This document shows positions 62,809 through 64,000 of a stretch of DNA of 64,000 nt, one piece after another. Source of the DNA: an uncultured Actinomycetes bacterium. Lineage in GTDB: Bacteria > Actinomycetota > Coriobacteriia > Anaerosomatales > PHET01. The notes below the pieces were generated by a model. That model made no database searches, was not told the origin of the DNA, and worked only from the letters and a program-made list of their open reading frames with translations. The stretch is from contig CAVOYK010000004.1 of assembly GCA_963700665.1 (NCBI GenBank), positions 58,793-122,792 of the forward strand, read 5' to 3'. How positions within the stretch are numbered: the first letter of the stretch is position 1; every line of letters starts with the position of its first letter. A program made the translations under genes and the position numbers.

Positions 62809-62880
62809 CTGCAATTGAGACTCGTTCGGCTATCCTCGGTTCTCGGAAGAACCACTCCTCCTCCAGGGAGCACACAGCCG

Positions 62881-63565
62881 ATGAAACGCGTGCTGGTCGT
62901 CGACGACGAAGAGTCGATCCTCAAGGTGGTCGACTACGCTTTGACCGAGGCCGGCTACGAGGTGCACACCGCCGGCGACGGGCTCGGCGCAGAGTTCATG
63001 CTCGACTCAGGTCAAGCCAGACCTCGTCATCCTCGACGTGATGCTGCCGGGCAAGTCCGGACTCGACATCGCCAAGGACCTGCGAGCCCACTCGAGCGTC
63101 CCGATCATCATGCTGTCCGCACGCGGCGACGAGGTCGACCGGATCCTCGGGCTTGGAGTTCGGTGCCGACGACTACGTGACCAAGCCGTTCTCTCCTCGA
63201 GAACTCGTGAGCAGGGTCAAGGCCATCTTGCGCCGAGTGGAGGGCGGCCAGGCCGAGAACGCCTGCATCGAGGTCGGCGACCTGGAGATCGACACGCTCT
63301 CCCGCCAGGTGAAGCTCGCCGGCCAGCACATACACCTCACGACCTCCGAGTACGGCATCCTGCTCCACCTGGCGCAGACATCCCGGCAAGGCGTACTCGC
63401 GCCAGGCGATCCTCGAGGCGCTGTGGGACGAGTCCCCCGTCGGCGACGAGCGCGCGGTCGACGTGCACATCCACAACATCCGCGAGAAGATCGAGGAAGA
63501 CCCCAAGAGCGCCGGTCTACATCCTGACCGTGCGCGGCTACGGCTATCGGCTCAGAGAGCCCTAG
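62881..63565 (+). CDS. OmpR/PhoB-family response regulator (frameshifted)
   Basis: MKRVLVVDDEESILKVVDYALTEAGYEV, DLVILDVMLPGKSGLDI, GADDYVTKPFSPRELVSRVKAILRR, YILTVRGYGYRLREP*. Spread over ORFs 62815..63180, 63038..63565 and 63153..63527. Confidence 0.8.
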
Positions 63566-63569
63566 GCCG

Positions 63570-64000
63570 ATGGCACTCCGCATACGCGAGCGCACGGGCG
63601 TCCGCGTGCGCGACCCTGATCGCCGCCGCGGATCCATCCGACTGTGGCAGACCGAGCTGTTCGTCGTCGTCATCGTCGTGGCGATGCTCGTCTTGTCCGG
63701 ATCGCTTTCCGCGGGCCTCAGGTCCACGCTCACGAATCTGACCGAGACGACCGAGCTGCGCAACGCCTCGGCGCTCGCGCAGCGCCTCGAACCGGAGCTG
63801 CCGCTGACCGTGACGGGCACGGCCCCGATACGCGACGTGGTCGACCGAGTACCGCGACATCTACGGCGGCGGCATCTGGGTCTACGACCGCGACGGCACG
63901 CTGCTCGAGTCGTCGTTCGACATACAGCCCAGGCGACCCCGTGCTCGAGAGCGCTCGCCTCGGCGCGCTCAACGAGCAGGCCGCCTACGCGGCGAGCGAC
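63570..64000 (+). CDS. sensor histidine kinase, N-terminal part (runs off window)
   Basis: ATG 63570 lies 5 nt after the regulator stop. TM ELFVVVIVVAMLVLSGSL follows, then a periplasmic-type segment. Identified only by position and topology. Confidence 0.5.
   Translation, partial: MALRIRERTGVRVRDPDRRRGSIRLWQTELFVVVIVVAMLVLSGSLSAGLRSTLTNLTETTELRNASALAQRLEPELPLTVTGTAPIRDVVDRVPRHLRRRHLGLRPRRHAARVVVRHTAQATPCSRALASARSTSRPPTRRA

Overview
High-GC (by eye about two-thirds G+C) bacterial chromosome segment with about 60 genes, almost all on the minus strand. It falls into three blocks. (i) 1-23.7 kb is a large multihaem c-type cytochrome (MHC) island. It holds three NapC/NirT-like membrane-anchored MHCs and two secreted hexahaem cytochromes (type A at 895..2066, type B at 17517..18954). 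It also holds two chimeric MHCs of about 870 and 965 aa that fuse a shared Ig-like plus multihaem N-terminal module to a type-A or type-B C-terminus. An accessory pair occurs twice: an NHL beta-propeller anchored at both ends plus a TM-anchored TPR protein. Each pair sits next to a polytopic membrane enzyme (one Wzy_C/O-antigen-ligase-like with a TPR tail, one GT-C-like). A leuA-leuC pair is embedded in the island. (ii) 23.8-55.9 kb is housekeeping. It contains serA plus a class-V aminotransferase, and ilvD-ilvB-ilvN-ilvC behind a Leu (CUC) T-box leader. It also contains DUF302, a PD40 propeller, an IDH/IPMDH-family dehydrogenase, leuD-leuC, yihY, rlmKL, NlpC/P60, NYN-LOTUS, a glutaredoxin-like gene, DegV, a cpgS-like gene, ydbS/ydbT and pncA/pncB. 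(iii) 56.0-62.7 kb is a second respiratory operon: tetrahaem cytochrome, Tat-signal NrfC-like Fe-S protein, NrfD-like membrane subunit, then four tandem membrane-anchored MHCs. It is divergent from an OmpR-type response regulator and a sensor kinase. My manual count gives on the order of 100 or more haem-binding motifs in the window (approximate). I recognised no rRNA, tRNA, CRISPR, transposase or phage genes. Caveat: many genes, overwhelmingly in blocks (i) and (iii), are interrupted by single-base indels. I rebuilt them by joining ORF-track fragments, so gene ends come from ORF-track arithmetic, internal frames are approximate, and positions read directly off the sequence may be off by a base. 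Taxon guess (low confidence): an anaerobic monoderm, Actinomycetota/Coriobacteriia-like or a high-GC Firmicute-like lineage. The best candidate for a new system is the duplicated cytochrome + NHL + TPR + membrane-enzyme module, possibly an extracellular cytochrome assembly or electron-export apparatus.
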